Source: Candidatus Bathyarchaeota archaeon (GTDB lineage Archaea; Thermoproteota; Bathyarchaeia; Bathyarchaeales; Bathycorpusculaceae). From it: DNA of 64,000 nucleotides. Positions 21,059 to 30,002 of the stretch are shown in pieces (within the stretch, counting starts at the first letter, position 1; the number at the start of each line of letters is the position of its first letter). The translations under genes and the position numbers were made by a program. The stretch covers positions 32,001 through 96,000 of the forward strand of contig CAWHVC010000004.1 in assembly GCA_963832745.1 (NCBI GenBank), read 5' to 3'. The notes below the pieces were generated by a model that ran no database searches, was not told the DNA's origin, and worked only from the letters and a program-made list of their open reading frames with translations.

Positions 21059-21976
21059 TTACTTGAAAATCCAAGGATAAACTCGACGCACAACTTCCAT
21101 CACATTCTGGGGAGGAATTATACCTTCTTCACAGATTAAGCCATGAATGTAACGGTTAGGCGTAACGTCAAAAGCGGGGTTGCGTACGTCAAGATTTGCG
21201 GGGGCTTCAGGCCAAACCTCAATGGGGCTGCGTTGCTCAATGCCTTCAAGCTCACCATACAGCGTGACTGGGTCAAACTTTAGCAGTTCCGAAACCACAT
21301 ACAACGGTTTACGAGCCTCATGCGCCAACACAGCAAGCCCACTGGTGCCAATCTTGTTAACCACATTACCCTCCGAAGTGATTGCGTCCGCACCTACAAT
21401 TACCATGTCAGCTTTCGAAATAAACGTGCGCGTTGCAGAGTCAACGATAAAGGTGGTTTCTATACCGTGCTCAACCATTTCCCGAGCGGTAAGCCTACCT
21501 TGGAAAGCTGGACGAGTCTCAGTGCAAATGACTTTGAAGTTTTTACCTTCTGCCTTAGCTTTGGTTAACATTCGTGTAGCCGTTGAAGAGTGACAATGAG
21601 TGAAGATTGTCATGCCATTCTGGATGCGTTTTGAACCGATTTCGGCTGTGCGTTCACGTGATGCGTCAAGTTCCTTTAGGAATTCGTCAGCATTCACTGC
21701 CATCAGGTCGCATAATTCAGGAACTTTCTGGTTGATGCTTTGTTGCACTTGTCCGATTAGACACCGTATGGCATTTCGCATTAGGGGTTCAGTTTCTCGT
21801 GTTGTAAAAATTAGCTTCTGCGCTTCAAAGAGTTCTGTGAGTAGTTCGGTTTTGGTGGTTGCTTTTGTTTGTGTGGCGAGTGTTTGGACGGCTTTTACAG
21901 CTGCAATTGCGGCGTTTCTTGCGCCTTGGATTTCGAGTTTGCGGATTTTTTCTGCTGTAGCTTTTACGTTTTCCAT
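21059..21976 (-). CDS. Ribose-1,5-bisphosphate isomerase (eIF-2B family)
   Basis: LEIQGA, THCHSS, ETRP..QG, VGADAIT, NKIGT, NPAFDVTP. Start set at ATG 21976 to avoid overlap with the GH3 gene. Confidence 0.85.
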   Translation of the reverse strand: MENVKATAEKIRKLEIQGARNAAIAAVKAVQTLATQTKATTKTELLTELFEAQKLIFTTRETEPLMRNAIRCLIGQVQQSINQKVPELCDLMAVNADEFLKELDASRERTAEIGSKRIQNGMTIFTHCHSSTATRMLTKAKAEGKNFKVICTETRPAFQGRLTAREMVEHGIETTFIVDSATRTFISKADMVIVGADAITSEGNVVNKIGTSGLAVLAHEARKPLYVVSELLKFDPVTLYGELEGIEQRSPIEVWPEAPANLDVRNPAFDVTPNRYIHGLICEEGIIPPQNVMEVVRRVYPWIFK

Positions 21977-22071
21977 CCTTTTTTCACTTGACGCTTGCTT
22001 TTTAATTATGTAGGTAATTGGATGGAGAAGCATATAAGCAGATTGAACCAGTTTATTTTGCTGAGGCACAG

Positions 22072-23214
22072 ATGTATCCAAGCCATGACGATTTAGGCAT
22101 ACTTGAACCCATTATTGGACCATGGTATACTTCATTAAAAAACCCATTAGACGCCCAAAAGGAGGTCCTTAAGGAGTTGCTTGAAAAGTATTCTCAAACT
22201 GAATACGGCAAGAAATTCGGCGCCCAAAACATCAAAAACATAGAAGATTACGAAACAAAAATGCCTATAATTAATTACGCCAAAATGCAACCGTATCTTG
22301 CCCAAATCCAAAACGGCAATTATCAAGCGTTTCTTTCCGAACCTGCTGAAACATGGGTCATGACTCGCGGCTCCACTGGAAAACAGTCTAAAGTTTTGCC
22401 TGCCACGCAGACGCATCTTAAACAGATTTTCACCTGTGGTGCCCGTGGGTTAATCAATTTTGCGCTTCGCAAACAAAACTTTGACGTCTTCACCGGCGTA
22501 ATTTTGAACTTAAATTTTCCGTCAAGTGTACACACGATTGACCAGAATGGTCAAAAAATGACTTATGGTTACAGTTCGGGAACTTATGCGCGGCTTAACC
22601 CGATGTTTGACCGTGTTAGCCTGTTACCCAAACAGGAGGAAATTGATAAGCTTGGTTCAGGTATCAGCCGTGCTGATTGGGAACAACGTTTCGACCTTGT
22701 TTACGAACAAGCAAAGAATGAAAATGTTACCGCGACAATGGGAGTTACGCCAGTGATTTTAGGGTTTGCCCGTTACATCAAGCATAAGTATGGCAAAAAA
22801 CCTGTTGACCTCTGGAAACCAAAAGCCCTCTTCTGCACAAGTGTTCGGAAAATCCAGTTTAAGTATGGTCCAGTTTTGCAGAAGTACTTTGGTGAGGCAC
22901 CTATTGTGGAGATGTATTCGGCGACGGAAGGCGTTTTTGGTCAACAGTTGGATGATTTGCCGTATATTTCGATGAATTATGACTCTTACTTTTTTGAGGT
23001 TGCAACAGGTAAAGGTGTAAAGTTGCTTTGTGACCTTAAACGTGGTGAATGGGGCAGGCTTATTATTTCTTCATGTATGTTTCCACGTTATGACATAGGA
23101 GATATGGTGGAGTCTGCAGGTGGAAACTATTTTAGAATTTTTGGCAGAGCTAATGCTTCAACAATTCTTGAGCACAGGTTGTACCGCACGTTTTTAGGTA
23201 GAATTATTGGTTAA
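22072..23214 (+). CDS. GH3 (auxin-responsive promoter)-family acyl-adenylate ligase
   Basis: TEYGKKF, P(II)NY, TRGSTGKQSK P-loop, YSATEG and RYDIGD motifs. Start set at ATG 22072 (ORF track gives 22018). Confidence 0.8.
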   Translation: MYPSHDDLGILEPIIGPWYTSLKNPLDAQKEVLKELLEKYSQTEYGKKFGAQNIKNIEDYETKMPIINYAKMQPYLAQIQNGNYQAFLSEPAETWVMTRGSTGKQSKVLPATQTHLKQIFTCGARGLINFALRKQNFDVFTGVILNLNFPSSVHTIDQNGQKMTYGYSSGTYARLNPMFDRVSLLPKQEEIDKLGSGISRADWEQRFDLVYEQAKNENVTATMGVTPVILGFARYIKHKYGKKPVDLWKPKALFCTSVRKIQFKYGPVLQKYFGEAPIVEMYSATEGVFGQQLDDLPYISMNYDSYFFEVATGKGVKLLCDLKRGEWGRLIISSCMFPRYDIGDMVESAGGNYFRIFGRANASTILEHRLYRTFLGRIIG

Positions 23215-23612
23215 GGATGCGGAGAGCGTCTCCGGGCCATAATTGCCACGTAGGCTGCAGCGATTATGATAACAATGCCGATTAAAACTAGAACAAACGC
23301 GCCGTTTGCAGCTGCTGTTAGGATGCCGCTGATGCTTAGTAGGCTAAAAACGCCGATGATTATTAGCACTAACCCGCCAATAAGAAAACCGATGAAGCCG
23401 TGTTCACCCTTTTCCTGTTTCTCATTCTTTTCCCCCCGCTCGTTTTTCTCGTTTTTTTCTGACTTTTCATCTCTACGGTAAGTTGGAGGTGCTGCTTGGG
23501 GTTGTTGAGGCTGTGTTTGTGTGGCTGCTTGACCTTTTAGGGGTGCTCCGCATCGTGGGCAGAACGTCATGTTTTCATCGACTTGGTTGCCACATTTTGG
23601 GCAGTACGGCAT
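23211..23612 (-). CDS. Zinc-ribbon membrane protein
   Basis: CPKC..FCPRCG, EKxEKxE charged linker, 2 TM. Confidence 0.85.
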   Translation of the reverse strand: MPYCPKCGNQVDENMTFCPRCGAPLKGQAATQTQPQQPQAAPPTYRRDEKSEKNEKNERGEKNEKQEKGEHGFIGFLIGGLVLIIIGVFSLLSISGILTAAANGAFVLVLIGIVIIIAAAYVAIMARRRSPHP

Positions 23613-24004
23613 AATTTTTCTCCAAATATTCTTTTCATGTTTAGACTATTTAAAATATCACTTTTACTGTTTTTTGTTTAGAAGTTGTTGCCGAAAAGTG
23701 CCTTAGCACAACAACAAACAAAGTTTTGTTGTGGACAATGTGTTTTTGGTTTTGCTGGCGCCTATGTTTGCTTTTTGAGTGTGCAAAATGGTACAAGTAG
23801 AAAAAGAGTTTAGCCCTATACTTAGGTTGTCTTTTGCTGCTTAGCTTTAAGCTCCGCGTTTTTCTGCTGCAAAGCCGCAACAGCCACCGTTAACAATTAA
23901 ACGTGCCGGTAAACTGATAAAAAACCTTCAGAGTTATACAAACATGTCCTGAATGGATTCTATAAACAAACTATTATAGGGATTTATGGCATAAATGAAA
24001 GAAG

Positions 24005-24802
24005 GTGGCTTCAGTGAAAAAATATGCTTGCAAGAGTATATTCCTATTAGGTTTACTTTTATTATTAGTAATCTGTGCAAGTTCACTTTATGTGTGTGCT
24101 GAAGAAGTTACAATAAAACCTTCGGTTCCAGAATTCAACATAGTGCTGTCTAATCATTCTACCGATACTCCAACAACCTACTCAATAGACCCTTATACTG
24201 GAGAAAACATAACACACCCCGGCACCCATACGGAATGGACTACACTTGACTTAGTAATAAAAAATCAAGAATTCGACAGTGCCACAGAATTCTTTGCTTA
24301 CAATGTTAAAGTCAAAGGATATTATGGAGAGGCATGGACAGAACTTTATAGCGCATCCAACGGATATGCCATGCAAAATTCAACGTCAAACCAAACAGTA
24401 TTATCCTATCATGTTGAAGAAAACGGTGGCTCTTTGATTGCGGGAAATCATGAGGTTCCCGTTTATGGCAAGGTTGATTTTCAAGTGCAAGCAATGATTG
24501 GAACAGTTAATCGCGCAAATGAACCGCCGAATTATCCTTGGACATTTTACGGTGAAGTAAGCGACTGGAGCAATACACAAACATTCACTTTCAGCAATGC
24601 TACAAGCAATTTAAACCCAACATCAACTCCTATGGATAGCCCTAATGTGCCTTCACAAAACACCGAGGCACCCTACTTTCAAGGAGGTGCCTTGTTGGGT
24701 TTAAATCAAACGCAATTCTTCTCAGTAATTTTAATCTCTGTTATAGTTATTTTGTTTACTGCAATAGCCATATTTGTTAAAAAGGGAAAAAATGTGCACT
24801 AA
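24005..24802 (+). CDS. Secreted protein with S/T/P linker and C-terminal TM
   Basis: Signal peptide, KPSVPEF..IDPYTG..VDFQVQAMIG..SDWSNTQT, TM + KKGK. Confidence 0.8.
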   Translation: MASVKKYACKSIFLLGLLLLLVICASSLYVCAEEVTIKPSVPEFNIVLSNHSTDTPTTYSIDPYTGENITHPGTHTEWTTLDLVIKNQEFDSATEFFAYNVKVKGYYGEAWTELYSASNGYAMQNSTSNQTVLSYHVEENGGSLIAGNHEVPVYGKVDFQVQAMIGTVNRANEPPNYPWTFYGEVSDWSNTQTFTFSNATSNLNPTSTPMDSPNVPSQNTEAPYFQGGALLGLNQTQFFSVILISVIVILFTAIAIFVKKGKNVH

Positions 24803-24895
24803 TAACTAAACAGGTATTCTCATCGTTTTTTATGTTATTTACCAAAATATATGGCTAAATGAGTACTTGCTTAGTAATAGGCTTTCTTTCAGTAG

Positions 24896-25510
24896 TTGGT
24901 CGCTGAACTATTTACAAAAGGTATATCTTGTTTTGTTGTTGATTATTTCTGGAGTGATGGCTTTTTGGAAAAGCAGGGCACCAAGTTGAAGGGTTACAAG
25001 CATGCTGAAAGCTTGTTTAGTGCATTATATATTGGCACGATATTCATCTCTCTTGGCGTCATCTACTTTATTCATCTTCCAAAAAGTCTTTTTCTTGAGT
25101 TAATTGACTTTTTTGACCACCTAACCCTTGCCCGTGTACCTGATACAGGCATATTTTTACCTGCACCAATCTCTCCTGCTGCATACGTTGATTTGTATAC
25201 TGCCGTGTTTCAGTTCTTCTTAGTTATTGCCGTAATAGAAGTGGTTATTTTAGTGCTTAGATTCGTGTTCGATTCGCCAGTTAAACGCAAGGCAGAAACA
25301 ATCTCTAACGTGGTCTTCTGGTTTGGCACAAGCTACCTAATCTGGACTTACCTGATGAATGCAGCAACAATTAACAAGTGGTTTGTCTTCTGGATAGGCA
25401 TCATAATAATCTTTGGCTTATCCCTAATAGCCCGCGCTTTCGCGTTGCTGGCAAAACGCAACCCTAACCCCCAAGACAAATCAGAAAGTCAAGTGCTTCC
25501 ACAAAACTAG
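24896..25510 (+). CDS. 4-TM membrane protein
   Basis: Four hydrophobic helices; true start probably ~24965. Confidence 0.7.
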   Translation: MVAELFTKGISCFVVDYFWSDGFLEKQGTKLKGYKHAESLFSALYIGTIFISLGVIYFIHLPKSLFLELIDFFDHLTLARVPDTGIFLPAPISPAAYVDLYTAVFQFFLVIAVIEVVILVLRFVFDSPVKRKAETISNVVFWFGTSYLIWTYLMNAATINKWFVFWIGIIIIFGLSLIARAFALLAKRNPNPQDKSESQVLPQN

Positions 25511-26227
25511 AACTTGCCAACCCATGTCAAATGAGTCTTTAAAGAGTTTAACTTTTGTTTCTCGGGTGCTGTTCCATTCAACAGGGATTTCTTTGACCTT
25601 GTAACCTTTGCGTTCCGCGCGGACAATGGTTTCAGTGTCCCAGAACCAATGGTTAGCTTCAACCTCATCAAGTAGCGGCAACAATTTTTCCCGTTGGAAC
25701 GCTTTAAAACCGCATTGATGATCCTTTACTTTAGAGCCGAGAACTATTCTGACCATGAAATTGTAGGTTTTAGACGCGAAGCCACGCGTGAAGGTTCGTT
25801 TTACTTTGCTTTCTGAAAGCATTCTTGAACCAGTGGCTAACTGGTAGCCTTCAACTGTAACGGCGTCGATTAGTTGACTTAAATGTTTAAGGTCAGTCGC
25901 TAGGTCTACATCCATATAGATTAAAACGTTGCCTTTGGATTGTTTAAAAGAATTTTTTAACGCTCTACCTCGTCCAAGACGTTTTTCGCCATGCAAGTGA
26001 CGAACATAGGGCAGTTCTTGTACTAGTTCATCGGCTTTTTTGTCAGTGCCATCTGTGCTGCCGTCTTCAGCAATTATAATTTCGTAGGTACAGCCGTAAG
26101 TTTTGAGCGCTTGACTAATTTTTTTTACTGTCTGCTCAATTATGTCTGCTTCGTTTAAAGCTGGAAGCACAACTGTAACGTCGAGTTGCCCGGTTTTGAT
26201 TGCGTCTTGCGTTTTTAGAACACCCAT
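25481..26227 (-). CDS. GT2 polyprenyl-phosphate hexose synthase (DPM1-like)
   Basis: VVLPALNE, EDGSTDGT, MDVDLA, DHQCGFKAF, WFWDTE, EIPVEW. Confidence 0.9.
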   Translation of the reverse strand: MGVLKTQDAIKTGQLDVTVVLPALNEADIIEQTVKKISQALKTYGCTYEIIIAEDGSTDGTDKKADELVQELPYVRHLHGEKRLGRGRALKNSFKQSKGNVLIYMDVDLATDLKHLSQLIDAVTVEGYQLATGSRMLSESKVKRTFTRGFASKTYNFMVRIVLGSKVKDHQCGFKAFQREKLLPLLDEVEANHWFWDTETIVRAERKGYKVKEIPVEWNSTRETKVKLFKDSFDMGWQVLVLWKHLTF

Positions 26228-27969
26228 TGGTTAAACCATCTTAAACTTTCAGCTGTGGCGGTTGATACGGTGGCTCCTGAGATTACGGGGTAGAATAGCA
26301 CGAATAGTGCGACTACCGCTATAAAGTAGGTTGCCGCTGCAATCTTCATCCACTTGTACTTCCAATACTTGCTAATAAAATACGCTGAAGCTAGGCAGAT
26401 AATTGGCACGTTAACATAATAATGATAAATGAATAATCCGCGGCTCACAAACGCGTAAGGCAACCATTGAGCAAAGAAAACCACTGCAAGAAACGCCGCC
26501 GGCACTTCAAATTTGGGCATTTGCCGTTTTTTAAGTTCAGAAACTGCTTTGAAAATAACTAATCCTGTGATGGCAATGATTGCCGCAAAGCCCACCCACC
26601 AAACAGCTGGGTTTCCAAACAGGCTAATTGTGGAACGCATGTCACCTGGTAGAGAGCTGATGTATAGCCAGAGAGGTTTTCCGATTATTGGCCAACTCCA
26701 GCCTGGTGAAGAGTACGGATGATCAAGACCTATTGGCGCAGAGTGATAAGCAAACATGCTGTCTTGAAGCCCAACCACATTAAGGAAAGATCTACCCGCT
26801 ATCATGTCGGGAATGTAGGCCGCAAAATAAATGCCTATTGACATAATGATAAAGGCTACCAGGTAAGCGTACGGGTGATCAAATAACTCGTAAACTTTGG
26901 CGGAAAGCTTACTTTTGCTTTTTACCACTTCAGAGAGTCGTATAGCCGCCAATATGGCTAATTCACCCAAGAAACCGAAAAGAACCAGCCACTTAGTGGA
27001 GAAACCCAAAGCAAAGAACAAAAACGAAAGGAACAATGGCACAACGCTGGTGTTTTTCCAGCCCTTCTTAACTACGCCGCTTAGATAGATAAAGAAGAAC
27101 AGTTGCGAGGCTAACGAGAAAAACACGACAAACGTGTCGGTAATGCCTAGTCGTGCCTCTGTGAAATGCATGAAGTCAAATGTGAATAGGAACGCTGCTG
27201 AGAAGCCGCCGATGTAGGAGCCGAACATTTTCTTTCCTAACAGGAAGATTAGCGGAATCATCAGCATGGCAAAAATAACGTCCATAATTCGCCAGCCGAA
27301 CGGGGTTAACCCAAACGCTGCAATGCCGGTTGCGAGGATAAGTTTCCCTAAGGGTGGATGGGTCCATTCGTATGGGAACTGTGAATGCAGGTACTGTTGG
27401 GCTGTTCTTGTGAAGTATACTTCATCGAACATTGTTTCAGTCATGTAAGTGTTAGGTAACTCAACTATGCTTTGTTCATCAATCAACTTGTTGAAATCAA
27501 GGCTGGTACCATTTTCACCAGTGATTGAGGTAATTGGGATTTTCTGGCTGTTTTGGTCAAGGACTGCTATCTCGTTAACTTCAATGTTTGCTCCTTGCTC
27601 AAATTCCAAACGGATGTATCTTGTCGTGTTGTAAATGCTGGTGCTGTTCCAATTCATATACGCAAACGGGTAACCAGCAACGATTTTGCCGATTTCACTC
27701 CAGTCGCCAGGTTGGCCAGTGTAGACTTTGATAGTGCTCGTGGTTTGGCAGTCTTTCATGTAGAAATAAAGTTTGTTAACGTAGATTGGGTTTCCAAGGT
27801 CAATTACTGCAGCCTGTGGTTCAGTATTTTCTACTGTTAGGCTGTTGGATGGCACTTGTGTTGCACCCAAGTTAGTTACAGCTATGGAGAAGAAGATTAG
27901 TGACAGCAAAACCATTGTTAAAATGTCTTTTTTGTCAATATGCAAGTCAAAGTCAAAGTTGAGTTTCAT
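26215..27969 (-). CDS. GT39 protein O-mannosyltransferase (PMT-like) with an N-terminal extracellular beta domain
   Basis: FDEVYF (DE motif), EWTHPPLGK, FGWR, HPYSS..W.WP, GNPAVWW, FIYHYY. Confidence 0.88.
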   Translation of the reverse strand: MKLNFDFDLHIDKKDILTMVLLSLIFFSIAVTNLGATQVPSNSLTVENTEPQAAVIDLGNPIYVNKLYFYMKDCQTTSTIKVYTGQPGDWSEIGKIVAGYPFAYMNWNSTSIYNTTRYIRLEFEQGANIEVNEIAVLDQNSQKIPITSITGENGTSLDFNKLIDEQSIVELPNTYMTETMFDEVYFTRTAQQYLHSQFPYEWTHPPLGKLILATGIAAFGLTPFGWRIMDVIFAMLMIPLIFLLGKKMFGSYIGGFSAAFLFTFDFMHFTEARLGITDTFVVFFSLASQLFFFIYLSGVVKKGWKNTSVVPLFLSFLFFALGFSTKWLVLFGFLGELAILAAIRLSEVVKSKSKLSAKVYELFDHPYAYLVAFIIMSIGIYFAAYIPDMIAGRSFLNVVGLQDSMFAYHSAPIGLDHPYSSPGWSWPIIGKPLWLYISSLPGDMRSTISLFGNPAVWWVGFAAIIAITGLVIFKAVSELKKRQMPKFEVPAAFLAVVFFAQWLPYAFVSRGLFIYHYYVNVPIICLASAYFISKYWKYKWMKIAAATYFIAVVALFVLFYPVISGATVSTATAESLRWFNQWVF

Positions 27970-29224
27970 TTGGTGTTTGCTCCTTTTTCTGCTCGTTGAT
28001 TGCTAAGGGTTCAGTTTTAAGCGCTGCTTTGCCTTTTAATTCATCCCACAATAGCAATGAACCATATAAAAACGTAATCACGTTAATGACGCCGACAACC
28101 AAAACCACGGGGTCACCAGAAAGATTGGGGCCATAACTGTAGCCCGCGTTGGCGTAAAGGTTCAGCCAGTATAAGACGTAAGCAACGTTTGTTAGGAAAG
28201 TTACAGTGATAACGCCGTAAAGCAGCCTGACTTTTCTGACAAACGGAAACATCAAAGCCAAAATGCTGATGGCTGGAAACAGGTAGCGTTCATGAATCCG
28301 TGTTGGAAGCATGAAAAAAGCGAAGAACAACATAAACGCTGCAAAGAAGACTATCATCTGATCTGATTTGCCCCAACGCTTGTTTAGAACATACAAGGTG
28401 AAAAGTGAGAAGACCGCAAATAGTGCCCAACCTAAAATGAACAGGTTGCCATCAGGAATCCATAGGCCAAATATGCCCCAGAGGTTGAATGCGTTGATGG
28501 ATGTGTAGGCGTATCCACTGTACGCGCCAAAATAGATGTCAGAAAGGAAAGTTATTGGGTTGCTCCATTGCATGGGCAAAATAACCACAAAAATAGTTGC
28601 CGTAAAAGCAGCCACTGAAAAAAGCAGACGTTTAACGCCGTTTTTCTTGAAAATCAAAAACGCTACCAACGGCAACAAAGCTATCGCCTGCGGTTTAGTT
28701 AAAACGCCAACAGCAAAACTTACCGCCGAAAGTTCAGGCTTACTTTTTAATGCAAGAATTAGCGATAGTAGAAGGAACAGGGTATAGATGGCGTCGAATT
28801 GCCCCCAAACTGCAGCGTTAAAGATTACTGCTGGGTTAAAAACATAAAGTGCAGCGGCGACAAGGCCAAGTTTGAAGCTTAACTGTTTTCGAACAAACCC
28901 GTAAATCAAGCCAGCAATTAATAGGTCGAAAATGTTTGGGACCAACTTTACAATGTAAGTTACAAAGGGTGTTCCGAAAAGACCTAAAGATTGGGCTAAT
29001 GAACCAAAACCCCAAAACAGGTAAATGTTAAACGGTGGATAATCGCACCAGCTTACAGCGTTGTAGAAAAGTCTTGGACCGTAATCAGCGGCAGTGTTAA
29101 ACCATGAAACGAAGGTGCCCATGTCGTTTTGGTAGCCTTGAAGTGGAAACAGCAGAACCCTAATTACGAAGGATACCCCTAGCATGCCAGCTAAGACTGC
29201 TATTTCACGCTTATCAAACTGCAA
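27953..29224 (-). CDS. GT-C fold membrane glycosyltransferase (lipid-phosphate-sugar dependent)
   Basis: D...F..W, CDYPP, WGQFDA, KPQ, SINAFNLW, PTRIHERYLFP. Confidence 0.85.
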   Translation of the reverse strand: MQFDKREIAVLAGMLGVSFVIRVLLFPLQGYQNDMGTFVSWFNTAADYGPRLFYNAVSWCDYPPFNIYLFWGFGSLAQSLGLFGTPFVTYIVKLVPNIFDLLIAGLIYGFVRKQLSFKLGLVAAALYVFNPAVIFNAAVWGQFDAIYTLFLLLSLILALKSKPELSAVSFAVGVLTKPQAIALLPLVAFLIFKKNGVKRLLFSVAAFTATIFVVILPMQWSNPITFLSDIYFGAYSGYAYTSINAFNLWGIFGLWIPDGNLFILGWALFAVFSLFTLYVLNKRWGKSDQMIVFFAAFMLFFAFFMLPTRIHERYLFPAISILALMFPFVRKVRLLYGVITVTFLTNVAYVLYWLNLYANAGYSYGPNLSGDPVVLVVGVINVITFLYGSLLLWDELKGKAALKTEPLAINEQKKEQTPNETQL

Positions 29225-29648
29225 AGTGGATGCCGATCCTTAAGAGTATTGAAAAATACTTTGGGTTCAACAAGAATAAGAAGCTTTTTCCAAATCCGTC
29301 ATTAAATCAATAAAGCGCCTGAAGCTGATGAGCGAAAAATTTTTGCAGCAGCAACCATTAGAATGGTGCGTCTGTATTTGTTGCCGTTTTAGTTTTCTTG
29401 GGTTCGTGACCAAGCGTCTGGATTGACATATTTAACAGCTGGCCCGTTCTTCCATATTGCTTCATAACCTTTCAAGAAGTCTTTGCTTGAGGTTCGTTTT
29501 CTCATGTGTGTAATGCCTTCTTGAACACGTAAAAACAGTTTTTTTGCCTATAAGCCAAGTTTCGTTTTCTTGCTTATGTCGAAAAAAAGAATATTGTGGC
29601 GATTGGAGAAGGGCTAAGTTTAAATCTTGACAGGTTACATCGGAAACT

Positions 29649-30002
29649 GTGAAGATAATTCAAATTGTTGGAGCCATCGCGGTTGCGTTTTTGTTCTTTT
29701 TGGCAGTTATCTTTGCGCTTGCTTCAACCGTTCAAGCTACGACTTCAAGATTGGCAGTTAGCGGCATACTATTTGTTACCGGAATTGCAGTGATAGTTGG
29801 CATCTACTATACAACAAGAAAACCCAAAACAGTAATCCAGCAACTGGAACTTTCAGGAAAAATGAAAGCAGCCACAATCAAATGCCCAAACTGCGGCGCG
29901 GCAGTTGACGCAAACAAAATCAAAATTGTCCAAGGCGTACCCTACGCTACTTGTCCCTACTGTGGCACAACTTTTGAGGTTACAGAGGAACCAAAATGGT
30001 AA
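29649..30002 (+). CDS. 2-TM protein with C-terminal Zn ribbon
   Basis: Two TMs, then CPNC..CPYC and EEPKW; overlaps the next gene by 7 nt. Confidence 0.85.
   Translation: MKIIQIVGAIAVAFLFFLAVIFALASTVQATTSRLAVSGILFVTGIAVIVGIYYTTRKPKTVIQQLELSGKMKAATIKCPNCGAAVDANKIKIVQGVPYATCPYCGTTFEVTEEPKW

Noticed and set aside
21977-22081. Apparent overlap of the divergent R15P isomerase and GH3 ORFs
   Set aside because: Artefact of longest-ORF calling. ATGs at 21976 and 22072 leave a normal ~95-bp intergenic gap.
23410-23470. EKSEKNEKNERGEKNEKQEKGE repeat
   Set aside because: Low-complexity charged linker within the Zn-ribbon membrane protein, not a separate DNA repeat.
23650-23880. 76-aa basic ORF and surrounding intergenic region
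   Set aside because: No SD, motif or convincing RNA structure; probably promoter DNA for the divergent genes.
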